64,000 bases of DNA from Patescibacteria group bacterium (GTDB lineage Bacteria; Patescibacteriota; Minisyncoccia; Phycocordibacterales; Phycocordibacteraceae): positions 618,394 through 682,393 of the forward strand of contig JAIELV010000001.1 in NCBI GenBank assembly GCA_019752595.1. Direction: 5' to 3'. The position numbers were made by a program, and so were the translations under genes. Under the pieces are notes generated by a model that saw only the letters and a list, made by a program, of their open reading frames with translations, was not told the origin of the DNA and made no database searches. How positions within the stretch are numbered: position 1 is the stretch's first letter; the number at the start of each line of letters is the position of its first letter. Below, piece by piece: positions 26,774 through 35,376 of the stretch.

Positions 26774-28237
26774 ATGAAATTTGTTTTACCTGACTCGGTG
26801 CAGAAAGTAGCAGAGGCTCTAGAAACCGCTGGTTACGAGGCCTACGTCATCGGAGGGTGCGTACGGGACATTCTGTTGGGGGAGACTCCAAAAGACTGGG
26901 ATTTAACAACAAACGCAACGCCTCAAGAAATACAAGCAGTTTTTCCTGATTCTTTCTACGAAAATGATTTTGGAACGGTCGGAGTAAAAACACGTGACGA
27001 AGATGAAACACTTGCAGTCATCGAAGTAACGCCGTACCGAAAAGAAGGGAACTACTCCGACGCTAGACGGCCCGACACTGTTGAATTCGGTGTTTCGCTT
27101 GATGAGGATTTAAAACGTCGCGACTTCACCGTAAACGCAATCGCATACCGCCCGAAAACAGGGGAGTTTGTCGACCAACATGGTGGACAAGAAGACCTCA
27201 AAAAACGGCTTATTAGAGCCGTGGGAGAGCCGAAACGAAGATTTGAGGAGGATGCCTTGCGCATGATGCGGGCAATACGTCTCTCAGCAGAATTGGACTT
27301 TGCGATTGAAAGTGAAACGGCCGTTGCGATGCATGCAACCGCGGAAAACTTGGGCAAGATTTCGAAAGAAAGAATTCGAGACGAACTGATGCGCATTTTG
27401 GCGACCAAGGAACCGATGGCGGCGCTTTCAATAGCGCTCAAACTTGGACTTTTAAAATACATCGTCCCTGACTTGGAGCGGGGAATAGGAATCGACCAAA
27501 ATCAGGCACATTCCTACGACGTCTTCGAACACAACGTGCGCGCCATGCAGCACGCAGCAGACAAAGGCTGGTCAGTGGACCTTCGTCTTGCGGCGCTTTT
27601 TCATGACATCGCAAAACCTGAATCACGTCGATGGTCTGAGGAGAAAAAAGATTGGACTTTCCATGGGCACGAAGTCGTAGGATCGAGAGTGGCGAAAAAA
27701 GCCTTAGAGGAGCTTCGCTTCCCAAAAGAAACCGTGGAGAAAGTGGCCAAGCTGGTCCGCTGGCATATGTTCTTTTCAGACCCCGACCAGATAACGCTCT
27801 CTGCGGTGCGGAGAATAATAGTGAATGTCGGGGTGGAAAATATTCAGGAACTTTTGAACTTAAGAATCTGTGACCGCATAGGAACAGGGCGACCAAAAGA
27901 ACAGCCGTTTCGGCTCAGAAAATACATGGCGATGGTGGATGAGGCTATGCGCGACCCAATAAACGTTGGCATGCTCAAGGTCAATGGGAACGACCTGATG
28001 ACGGAAGTGGGGGAGAAGCCAGGACCACGGGTTGGATGGATTTTGCATGCCTTACTTGAAGAAGTCCTTGAAGACCCTCAGAAAAATACTCGTGAATATT
28101 TGCTCGAAAAATCACGCATTTTGTCCTCTATGGAAACCGCAGCGCTCAAAGACATGGGTGAGGCAGGGAAGGGTGCTCAGGAGGAGGCAGAAGAAGCGGA
28201 GCTATCGAAAATAAAGGCTAAACACAAGGTTGATTAA
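26774..28237 (+). CDS. cca: CCA tRNA nucleotidyltransferase with HD domain
   Basis: GGCVRD, DWDLTT, DLKRRDFTVNA, EDALRMMRAIR, FHDIAK. Confidence 0.92.
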   Translation: MKFVLPDSVQKVAEALETAGYEAYVIGGCVRDILLGETPKDWDLTTNATPQEIQAVFPDSFYENDFGTVGVKTRDEDETLAVIEVTPYRKEGNYSDARRPDTVEFGVSLDEDLKRRDFTVNAIAYRPKTGEFVDQHGGQEDLKKRLIRAVGEPKRRFEEDALRMMRAIRLSAELDFAIESETAVAMHATAENLGKISKERIRDELMRILATKEPMAALSIALKLGLLKYIVPDLERGIGIDQNQAHSYDVFEHNVRAMQHAADKGWSVDLRLAALFHDIAKPESRRWSEEKKDWTFHGHEVVGSRVAKKALEELRFPKETVEKVAKLVRWHMFFSDPDQITLSAVRRIIVNVGVENIQELLNLRICDRIGTGRPKEQPFRLRKYMAMVDEAMRDPINVGMLKVNGNDLMTEVGEKPGPRVGWILHALLEEVLEDPQKNTREYLLEKSRILSSMETAALKDMGEAGKGAQEEAEEAELSKIKAKHKVD

Positions 28238-28438
28238 CCTGTCCTTTAGATAAATGAAAAAGCCCGTTTTAGGGAAATCCCCTAAAACGAGCTCTTTGCC
28301 GGCAGGTTCTTGTTATAACGCCGTCTTATCAATTTGAAAGTTTCGAAAACGCGTATAACTTGGCGAACGGTCTGCCAGAAGGAACTGTCCTCAATAAGAA
28401 TACATTACTAAAGGACACTCGGAATAATCGGTTGTGGA

Positions 28439-28618
28439 TTAATGTCCTTTAGAAATTTTATCTTCGACTTCAAAAATGATTCTCGACACTTTATCTAGAA
28501 CAGCTCGTGGTAGTTTGATGTGCGACTTCACCTCAAATGGTCCAGACTTGGTCAGAATGATGTATCTTCTAGCACCTTTATACGCATGCTCTATCAGCTC
28601 ACTATTTATTCGCCCCAT
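28439..28618 (-). CDS. 59-aa hypothetical protein (below the ORF-track cutoff)
   Basis: MGRINSELIEHAYKGARRY...EDKISKGH, directly downstream of xth. Confidence 0.4.
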   Translation of the reverse strand: MGRINSELIEHAYKGARRYIILTKSGPFEVKSHIKLPRAVLDKVSRIIFEVEDKISKGH

Positions 28619-28650
28619 AGATGCTCACCTTACTCTTGGCGAGAGAAAAT

Positions 28651-29454
28651 TCAACCCTGAATTTCCAATGTCACAGGGCAATGGTCTGAACCCATAACAG
28701 AAGGGAGTATTTCTGCCTTTTGTAATTTCTTTTTTAGTTGTTGCGACGCAAAGAAATAGTCAATCCTCCAGCCAACGTTTCGTGCCCTGGAATTAGCGAA
28801 ATTTGACCACCACGAATAGTGCCCATTTCCCGTAGGGGTGAAGTGGCGGAAGGTGTCTATATAGCCCGCGGCAACCACTTTATCCAAGCCTGCCCGTTCC
28901 TCCTTCGTAAACCCATGTTCCCCCTCGTTTGCCTTAGGGTTCGCCAAATCTTGCTCCTGGTGTGCCACGTTCAAATCCCCGCAGAAAATGACTGGTTTCT
29001 TTGTTTCCAGACGTTTCACATGCTCGAGAAACGCTGGGTCCCATTTCTGATCACGAAGGGGGAGCCGACTGAGGTCGGGCTTTGAGTTCGGGGTATAGAC
29101 GTTCACCAAATAAAAGTCTGAGAATTCTGCTGTGAGCACGCGTCCTTCTGAGTTGGGGTCTCCGTATGAATCGGCAAGACCGCCGAACTTTGAAACGATG
29201 TCGTCGGGGATATCTAAAATAACCGACTTTGGTTTTTCTTTGGTAAAAATCGCCGTGCCCGAATAGCCTTTCTTCGTTGAAGAAGAATTCCAGTATTCCT
29301 CATATTGAGGGAGATCTATTACTGCCTGCCCTCGTTCAGCCTTGGTTTCCTGGAGGCATAAAATATCGGGGTCATATTCTTTCACGAAAGGGAGGAAGAG
29401 GTTTTTGTTGTTCACTGCACGGATTCCGTTGACATTCCAAGAGATTATTTTCAT
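28651..29454 (-). CDS. xth: Exodeoxyribonuclease III / AP endonuclease
   Basis: SWNVNGIRA, LQETK, GDLNVAH, GWRIDY, SDHCP. Confidence 0.96.
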   Translation of the reverse strand: MKIISWNVNGIRAVNNKNLFLPFVKEYDPDILCLQETKAERGQAVIDLPQYEEYWNSSSTKKGYSGTAIFTKEKPKSVILDIPDDIVSKFGGLADSYGDPNSEGRVLTAEFSDFYLVNVYTPNSKPDLSRLPLRDQKWDPAFLEHVKRLETKKPVIFCGDLNVAHQEQDLANPKANEGEHGFTKEERAGLDKVVAAGYIDTFRHFTPTGNGHYSWWSNFANSRARNVGWRIDYFFASQQLKKKLQKAEILPSVMGSDHCPVTLEIQG

Positions 29455-29494
29455 ATTTGACAAAGTTCTATATAGAGGTTATAATGATTGTATC

Positions 29495-29767
29495 ATGAGT
29501 GAACATAGATTTTTCTGGGCAGATGCTCAAAGACTTGGCGCGGAAGCGGATGCTCGAGAGAGCGTACGTCGTGACGGGCGAGCTGTGTGGACGGGGATGG
29601 GGATAGGTGCTCTCGCAGGAGCGTTTGTTGACACTATTGCCGCAGCAACTGGACGTGATACGTACCCAATAGGAATTACCCTCGGCGCTACAGCGGGGGC
29701 ACTGACTCCTGGAGCGTACTCTCGCGTTAAAACTTTCGTCCGCGGACGCTCTTCCAGAGCCGACTAG
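29495..29767 (+). CDS. Small glycine-zipper membrane protein
   Basis: Two Gly/Ala-rich hydrophobic segments; TTGACA(29457)-N17-TATAAT(29480) upstream. Confidence 0.6.
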   Translation: MSEHRFFWADAQRLGAEADARESVRRDGRAVWTGMGIGALAGAFVDTIAAATGRDTYPIGITLGATAGALTPGAYSRVKTFVRGRSSRAD

Positions 29768-30480
29768 TCTCTCCAGAGAAGCTCAAAAATTGAGCGCATC
29801 ATCTGACTGAGTTCTTTATTTTCTATAACGACAACTGAAACATCGTCGCCAAGGGTAACCATGGCGATTTTTTGTTTCCAAATATACATGAGGGGCGAGA
29901 ACGGGAGAGGAGGCTCCACAAGCTTGCTTTGACGCAAATCTTCTGCGTCCCGAATTTGCCTTTCGCGAGCCTTCGGGGAATCACGAAAAATCCCCCTCAG
30001 AAAAATTCCTTTTTCTTTGCGTTTCTTTGTGAAGCGCGGGAAAAACTCTGGGAGATCTTTGAACAATTCTTCTGGAGAACCGATGGCAAACAACTCGTCT
30101 GCTTCTTCCAAAATATCGCCAGACACCCGAGCAAAACCGTCTTTGCCTTTGTGCATCTCTACTTTGGTCGAGCCGTCGCCTTTTTCGTAAAGCGCAAGGA
30201 GTGACGGCAAGACTCGTTCAATTGCATTTTTTCTTTCGAGAGCTAGCTCACGTAATACAGTGGGGTCATTTACTGAAAAATGCTTCCGCCCGCGTTTCTT
30301 ATATATATTTACGAGTCCTTTCTGAGACAGGCCTCGCAAGGCATCGTAGGCGGTTGATTTCGGAAGTCCTGATTTTTCTCCAACTTCTACACCGGAGGCA
30401 GACTTTAACTTTAAAAGCGCCACGAATACTGCAGATTCGTTTTGCGTAAGGCCAAATGTTTTCAATGCTTGAACTTGCAT
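29764..30480 (-). CDS. TrmB-family transcriptional regulator (paralog 3)
   Basis: FGLTQNESAVFVALL, STAYDAL, IWKQKIAMV...IEN...FELLW. Confidence 0.85.
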   Translation of the reverse strand: MQVQALKTFGLTQNESAVFVALLKLKSASGVEVGEKSGLPKSTAYDALRGLSQKGLVNIYKKRGRKHFSVNDPTVLRELALERKNAIERVLPSLLALYEKGDGSTKVEMHKGKDGFARVSGDILEEADELFAIGSPEELFKDLPEFFPRFTKKRKEKGIFLRGIFRDSPKARERQIRDAEDLRQSKLVEPPLPFSPLMYIWKQKIAMVTLGDDVSVVVIENKELSQMMRSIFELLWRD

Positions 30481-30609
30481 TTTTGACGGCGAATCCGTCG
30501 CCTTTGAATAGGATAAATATACTTTATTTAAGCCAAATAATCAATATTCAATATAATAATGACGGAAATTGTGTACTTTCTATAGTTTTGGTTGCAGAAT
30601 ACGACGCGT

Positions 30610-31449
30610 ATGACTAGGATAGAAAAAGGTGTCCGCGGGAAATGGTCGCGATTGCGTAGCGGTTTAAGTCGCGAGGGGTGGAAAAAGAGGGTATTGAGAA
30701 GTATCGCAGAAAAAACCGTCAACACCGCTACGTATGAAAGCATCCCCTTGTGTGACCTCGTGGGCCAAAAACCTCTAGATGAGTACAACTTCATGCGACG
30801 CCTGAAAGAGGCGGGGTACCGCGACGCTGACCTAGCAAGCCCCTCAGACTGCGAGCAGGTATTCAACGCGGATAATCATTACAGAAGCGCGGAACTGCAG
30901 TTGCAGTTTTACGACGGCCGACGCCACCTATTCGTGAATACAAATCGTGGGGCAGGGAAACACGCAATGATTCATTCTGATGTGGACGGGATTTACCGAG
31001 GGGATATCCCGTATAAAAATCTAGGTAAGCATGTAACCAGAAGAGACCGATTGGTCATTCGTCCCCATGTGCGACGCGTAACACCGGAAGCAATCCGCAC
31101 ACTGCGAGAAACCATGCAAGGAAAAGTCCATAGAGGGGATGGCACGTACGACATGGAGACAAAAAGAATCAATTTGTTTAACAGTATTGCCAGCTACGTA
31201 CGACCTCTTATTGATGAATTTTCTACTGAAAACTGGACGAAGCATGAGCAAGCTTTGAGTGCGCTCATCGTGGGGCCCGAGGGCGAAAATATAAAAAAAT
31301 GGCAGGAACTTTTTAATGGCCTCTTAGTTGCTCGCACGGACGATGAATTAAATGTCATTTCAGAAACATTCAAAGCGATGCAACCTGAACTCAAAATGAT
31401 TGGCCAAAAAAGGAGAGAGTGGGATTCGGCGACGTACGAAGGAGACTAA
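30610..31449 (+). CDS. Hypothetical protein, divergent from TrmB-3
   Basis: 279-aa ORF; no motif recognised. Confidence 0.7.
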   Translation: MTRIEKGVRGKWSRLRSGLSREGWKKRVLRSIAEKTVNTATYESIPLCDLVGQKPLDEYNFMRRLKEAGYRDADLASPSDCEQVFNADNHYRSAELQLQFYDGRRHLFVNTNRGAGKHAMIHSDVDGIYRGDIPYKNLGKHVTRRDRLVIRPHVRRVTPEAIRTLRETMQGKVHRGDGTYDMETKRINLFNSIASYVRPLIDEFSTENWTKHEQALSALIVGPEGENIKKWQELFNGLLVARTDDELNVISETFKAMQPELKMIGQKRREWDSATYEGD

Positions 31450-32393
31450 GTACGACGACGTTTGCCGTGGAACGTGTGATGAATGTCACGCAAATGTTTG
31501 TCGGTAACGTGTGTATAGATTTGTGTCGTTTGAATATTTGCATGGCCAAGGAGCGCCTGAACGGAGCGTAAATCAGCTCCGTTTTCTAATAGGTCAGTTG
31601 CAAACACGTGTCGCAACACGTGCGGCGTGACCTTTGAAGTAATACCCGCGCGCGCGGCGTAGGCTTTGAGCTTCAATTGCACGTCGCGCGGGCCGATGCG
31701 ATGTAGTTTTTTTGCAGAACGACCTTCAACAAACAACGCCTCTTCCATATCGTTCCGCGCTTTCAAATATTCCCGCACAGCCTTCTTTGCCCGCTCGGAA
31801 AGGAAAACCACGCGTACCTTTTCCCCCTTACCTCTTACGGAAAGCTCATCGCGTGTAAGGTCGATGTCGCTATTTAATGCGCACAGCTCGGAAACGCGCA
31901 GACCCGTTGAGAAAAGGAGTTCCAGCATCGCCCTGTCACGGAGTAGTTTCCGCTGTTTGTCGGGGTCAGATTCTTTTTTCAACGCTTCGCTCGGCGCACT
32001 CATTAGACGTTCAAGCTCAGCAACCGTAATAAGGTCGAGCGAGCGCTCGGCGACCTTCGCAAGTTCTATCTTTTCAGGTTGCAGCGTCTTGATGTCGCGT
32101 TTCGCCATGTATTTAAGGAACGCGCGCAGAGCGATGAGGTAAAAATTCTGCGTTTTCCTCTTCAGAGTGCCGTTGCCAGCGGGCCCGCCTGCCGGACGGG
32201 CAGGTTGACGATTGAGCCACAGACGAAATTCGCGAATGAGGGCGTCAGTAATGCCTGCGGGGGAGTCCGTTTTTGCAAATTGAAGAAATCGGGTAAGGTA
32301 GTGGTCGTAATTTTCGACCGTTTTTATGCTCCGACCCTTCGTTATTTCTATATATTCTAGAAATTCACGCTTCAGTTCAGCCAAAGATGCCAT
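31446..32393 (-). CDS. XerC/XerD-family tyrosine recombinase
   Basis: TGLRVSEL, VRGKGEK, TPHVLRH, LLGHANIQTTQIYTH. ATG 32393 lies 6 nt after TATACT. Confidence 0.93.
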   Translation of the reverse strand: MASLAELKREFLEYIEITKGRSIKTVENYDHYLTRFLQFAKTDSPAGITDALIREFRLWLNRQPARPAGGPAGNGTLKRKTQNFYLIALRAFLKYMAKRDIKTLQPEKIELAKVAERSLDLITVAELERLMSAPSEALKKESDPDKQRKLLRDRAMLELLFSTGLRVSELCALNSDIDLTRDELSVRGKGEKVRVVFLSERAKKAVREYLKARNDMEEALFVEGRSAKKLHRIGPRDVQLKLKAYAARAGITSKVTPHVLRHVFATDLLENGADLRSVQALLGHANIQTTQIYTHVTDKHLRDIHHTFHGKRRRT

Positions 32394-32438
32394 CCAGCCA
32401 GTATACATCTACTTCGCACAATAATTCCTGCCTAGAAA

Positions 32439-32463
32439 ATGTGCTATACTAAGTATTGAACAT
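32439..32463. promoter_or_regulatory. 25-bp palindrome, copy 2 (imperfect right arm)
   Basis: ATGTGCTATACT-A-AGTATTGAACAT between the divergent xer and rpsO genes. Confidence 0.6.
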
Positions 32464-32522
32464 AGTACGCTGCAGAGACTGGAAAGTGTTGCAAATAAAG
32501 GTTTTTCTGATATAGTGAGCAA

Positions 32523-32789
32523 ATGCTTACTAAAACGCAGAAAACACGGACGATGAAGGCCGTACAGAAGCACGACTCAGATACGGGCTCGGCATCAGTA
32601 CAAGTAGCCCTTTTGACGAAGCAAATTGGCGAATTGACCACCCATTTGAGAAAGCACACCAAGGATAAACACTCCCGCCGTGGCCTTTTGCAGATGGTTG
32701 CAAACCGCCGTTCACATTTGAAATATCTCGAAAAGTCCGACAAGAAGGAATACAACAAGGTCATCAAGTCTTTGGGCCTCAAAAAATAG
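32523..32789 (+). CDS. rpsO: 30S ribosomal protein S15
   Basis: HDSDTGSASVQVALLT, HTKDKHSRRGLL. Confidence 0.97.
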   Translation: MLTKTQKTRTMKAVQKHDSDTGSASVQVALLTKQIGELTTHLRKHTKDKHSRRGLLQMVANRRSHLKYLEKSDKKEYNKVIKSLGLKK

Positions 32790-32905
32790 GGAGTTCCTTT
32801 CTGTTTGTCTTTATTTAAGACTGTGGTCCAGCCTCCTTTCTGCTATTGCTAACTGCATACCCGTTCCACATACTGTGAGTAGTTATACATAACCCTTCAC
32901 ACTTC

Positions 32906-33265
32906 ATGTCTCGACGCGAAGACTTGAGAAGAGATGTTCAGGTTGTTTCAGTTCTGACCGGAGCAACTTTAGAAAATGTTGAGGCTATGCATTGGCGCAC
33001 TGTTGACGCAGTCTTGGCTCGGACAGTTGGGCAAAAAACCGACGGGGCGTCGTGGGGTGCACGACACCCAGGCTCGCAACCTGTTACTTCCTTTACAGAG
33101 CAAGCGAGGCCCGTAAGCACGCGGAAGATAAAGCGTGAAAACGAAGAAGAAGCTGAAGCTGCCCTCGCGCGCTTGAGTGCTCGTGAACCAGGATCTCGTG
33201 ATTGGGCACGCAGTGTTGGGGCGCCTTTCCAAGGCGAGGCAGGGATTGCTCGGTCTGAAGATTAA
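32906..33265 (+). CDS. Hypothetical protein
   Basis: 119-aa ORF filling the rpsO-NYN gap. Confidence 0.5.
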   Translation: MSRREDLRRDVQVVSVLTGATLENVEAMHWRTVDAVLARTVGQKTDGASWGARHPGSQPVTSFTEQARPVSTRKIKRENEEEAEAALARLSAREPGSRDWARSVGAPFQGEAGIARSED

Positions 33266-33382
33266 TCGCGCAAAAAGCGAACAGGCGGTCGGGGTATACT
33301 GGAAACAGTTCTTTTAATAGTGGATTGAAATTTTTAATACAGTTTGCCGTCTTTATATAGGCGAGCGGACAAAAAATATTTT

Positions 33383-33979
33383 ATGGCAGTAGTAAAACAC
33401 AGCGCCCAGCGTGTGGCGGTATTCATCGACACGCAAAATTTATATCACAGCGCTAAAAACCTGTACCGTGCGCGCGTTAATTTTGCAGGCGTTTTGAAGG
33501 AATCGGTTGCAGGCAGAATCCTCATTCGTGCGATGGCGTACGTTGTCACTACGGAATCAGGAGATGAGAAAGCATTTTTTGATGCACTGACGAAGATCGG
33601 CATTGAAACAAAAACAAAAGACCTCCAGATTTTCTATGGTGGCGCAAAGAAAGCCGACTGGGACGTTGGTATGGCGGTTGATGCGGTAAAGCTTGCACCA
33701 CGCTTGGATGCAGTCATTCTTGCGACAGGTGACGGCGATTTCGTTCCTTTGGTTGAATACCTCAAAAACAGCCACGGCATTCAGGTTGAAGTCATTGCCT
33801 TCGGAAAATCCGCATCGCAAAAACTGAAAGAAGTTGCCGATGATTTTATTGATATGTCGATTGATCCAAAGAAATTCCTTATTGGTAAGAACTTCTTTTC
33901 AGCTGCTGCTGAAGCAATAGGCGGAGAAAAGGATGAGCCTGAGATTGAAGGCGAGCCGAAAGTGGTCGGAGCGGACTAG
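33383..33979 (+). CDS. NYN-domain (LabA/DUF88, PIN-like) protein
   Basis: FIDTQNLY, KKADWDV, TGDGDFVPL, ADDFID. Confidence 0.92.
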   Translation: MAVVKHSAQRVAVFIDTQNLYHSAKNLYRARVNFAGVLKESVAGRILIRAMAYVVTTESGDEKAFFDALTKIGIETKTKDLQIFYGGAKKADWDVGMAVDAVKLAPRLDAVILATGDGDFVPLVEYLKNSHGIQVEVIAFGKSASQKLKEVADDFIDMSIDPKKFLIGKNFFSAAAEAIGGEKDEPEIEGEPKVVGAD

Positions 33980-34740
33980 GGAGAAATAGATTGTTTCCAA
34001 AGGTACTCAAAAATACTTCGCTGTGTAGTGGTGATTGTGTCGCTTTCCAAAATTGAAACGAATATATTTTCACCAAGCACAAATTGATACAGCCGATTAC
34101 CTGCAATTGCCTGGTCGGCGTTGGTAACGATGAGACCTGCGGGCAAGAAGCGCGCTTCTGTTGAGGTAATTTTCTTTTCGGAAAGGGAAGCGATGTACTT
34201 TTCTCCCGCATTATTTTTTTGAATAAGTTCACGCGCAACGGGACGATTCAACGAGTGTATCGCTTGTACGTACTCCATAAGCACTTTTGGAAACTCACGC
34301 TCAACTGATTCGATATCCGACATCCAGAGCACTTCTTTTTTATCGCGCACTGCTTCTAGTATCTCGTCGTACGTTCGCTTCACACCCTCGATACCTTCAT
34401 ACAGCTGCGCGCGCGGTTTCTTTGTCTGCCCGTAATGCAGAGCAATCAGTTCAGGCATCAACTCTTCTACCTGACTCCTATTAAGCTCGGCAACTTGTAG
34501 CACTCTCCGCGGATGTACAGCCGTATATGCCTTTCTTTTTCCTTTTGATACCTCGGAAAGAAAGCCGCGAAGTACTAACCCCTGAGTCAAATTGTGCGTA
34601 ATGGTCCATTTCAGCCTAGCCTCACGGTTTATGTCGCTAAGAGTGCTTTCGCCCAAGCGAAGCGCTGCAAGATAAATCGCCGCCTCCTTCTGAGAGAGCC
34701 CGATTGCCCTAAGTGCGAGAGGGAGTCGTTCCTCTTTCAT
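33976..34740 (-). CDS. TrmB-family transcriptional regulator (paralog 4)
   Basis: IGLSQKEAAIYLAAL, LYEGIEGVK, FEYLW. Confidence 0.85.
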   Translation of the reverse strand: MKEERLPLALRAIGLSQKEAAIYLAALRLGESTLSDINREARLKWTITHNLTQGLVLRGFLSEVSKGKRKAYTAVHPRRVLQVAELNRSQVEELMPELIALHYGQTKKPRAQLYEGIEGVKRTYDEILEAVRDKKEVLWMSDIESVEREFPKVLMEYVQAIHSLNRPVARELIQKNNAGEKYIASLSEKKITSTEARFLPAGLIVTNADQAIAGNRLYQFVLGENIFVSILESDTITTTQRSIFEYLWKQSISP

Positions 34741-34890
34741 GCCTATAATTTATCATAAAAAATGATACTTATGGGCAAAGATTCAAAATGTGTTTATAAA
34801 TATAGGTTTTCTGAAGTAAAAAATATCCTTTTGTGTGAAAATATTTGACTTACGCGTACAATTACTGCATAGAAGATAACAAAAATAACT

Positions 34891-35043
34891 ATGTCTAAAT
34901 CAAAAGAGGGAGCGAAAGTGACACCAAGAGAGCAAAAGCCGAAGAAAGTCTCAGAACCAGTCGTATATAGGGACTCAATGATGTACGACACCCCATGGAA
35001 AAGAAACTTTCATGGCGAAGTAGTTGGATTTTGGCGAGATTAG
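34891..35043 (+). CDS. 50-aa micro-ORF, divergent from TrmB-4
   Basis: MSKSKEGAKV...TPWKRNFHGEVVGFWRD after an A-rich leader; not in the ORF track. Confidence 0.55.
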   Translation: MSKSKEGAKVTPREQKPKKVSEPVVYRDSMMYDTPWKRNFHGEVVGFWRD

Positions 35044-35069
35044 TAATTAACACATAAACAAAAAACACT

Positions 35070-35237
35070 ATGTCAGAAAAAATCAACGCGAGCGGCTGGC
35101 CAAAACCAACATGGAAACGCGAATACACCCTTCCGATTCGAGACGGAATACAAACCACCGTAATAATCCTCAACAATGCGAGTCGAGACGCGAAGGCTAA
35201 AATTCTTAAGCGAGTACGCTCCGAAACCAGAAAGTGA
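35070..35237 (+). CDS. 55-aa micro-ORF
   Basis: MSEKINASGWPKPTWKREY...RSETRK after an A-rich leader; terminator follows at once. Confidence 0.55.
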   Translation: MSEKINASGWPKPTWKREYTLPIRDGIQTTVIILNNASRDAKAKILKRVRSETRK

Positions 35238-35243
35238 CGAACC

Positions 35244-35274
35244 AAAACCGCGCCTTTAAAAAAGGCGCGGTTTT
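35244..35274 (+). terminator. Intrinsic terminator
   Basis: AAAACCGCGCC/GGCGCGGTTTT. Confidence 0.8.
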
Positions 35275-35298
35275 GCTATAGTGGCTCTATTAGTAAAC

Positions 35299-35355
35299 GC
35301 GAGGTTAGCAGATACAGAGGAGGGAAGATCCCGCCCTGAATTCTGAGAATCTCGC
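35299..35355 (+). promoter_or_regulatory. Long hairpin in the pnp 5' leader
   Basis: GCGAG/CTCGC, CAGA/TCTG, CAG/CTG and GGGA/TCCC, downstream of TGcTATAGT. Confidence 0.55.
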
Positions 35356-35376
35356 ATTAATAGAGAGAGATTCATA

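Noticed and set aside
31446-32393. Tyrosine recombinase as a mobile-element integrase
   Set aside because: It has XerC/D size and motifs, sits next to rpsO, and has no phage or ICE genes or flanking att repeats. No dif site was recognised.
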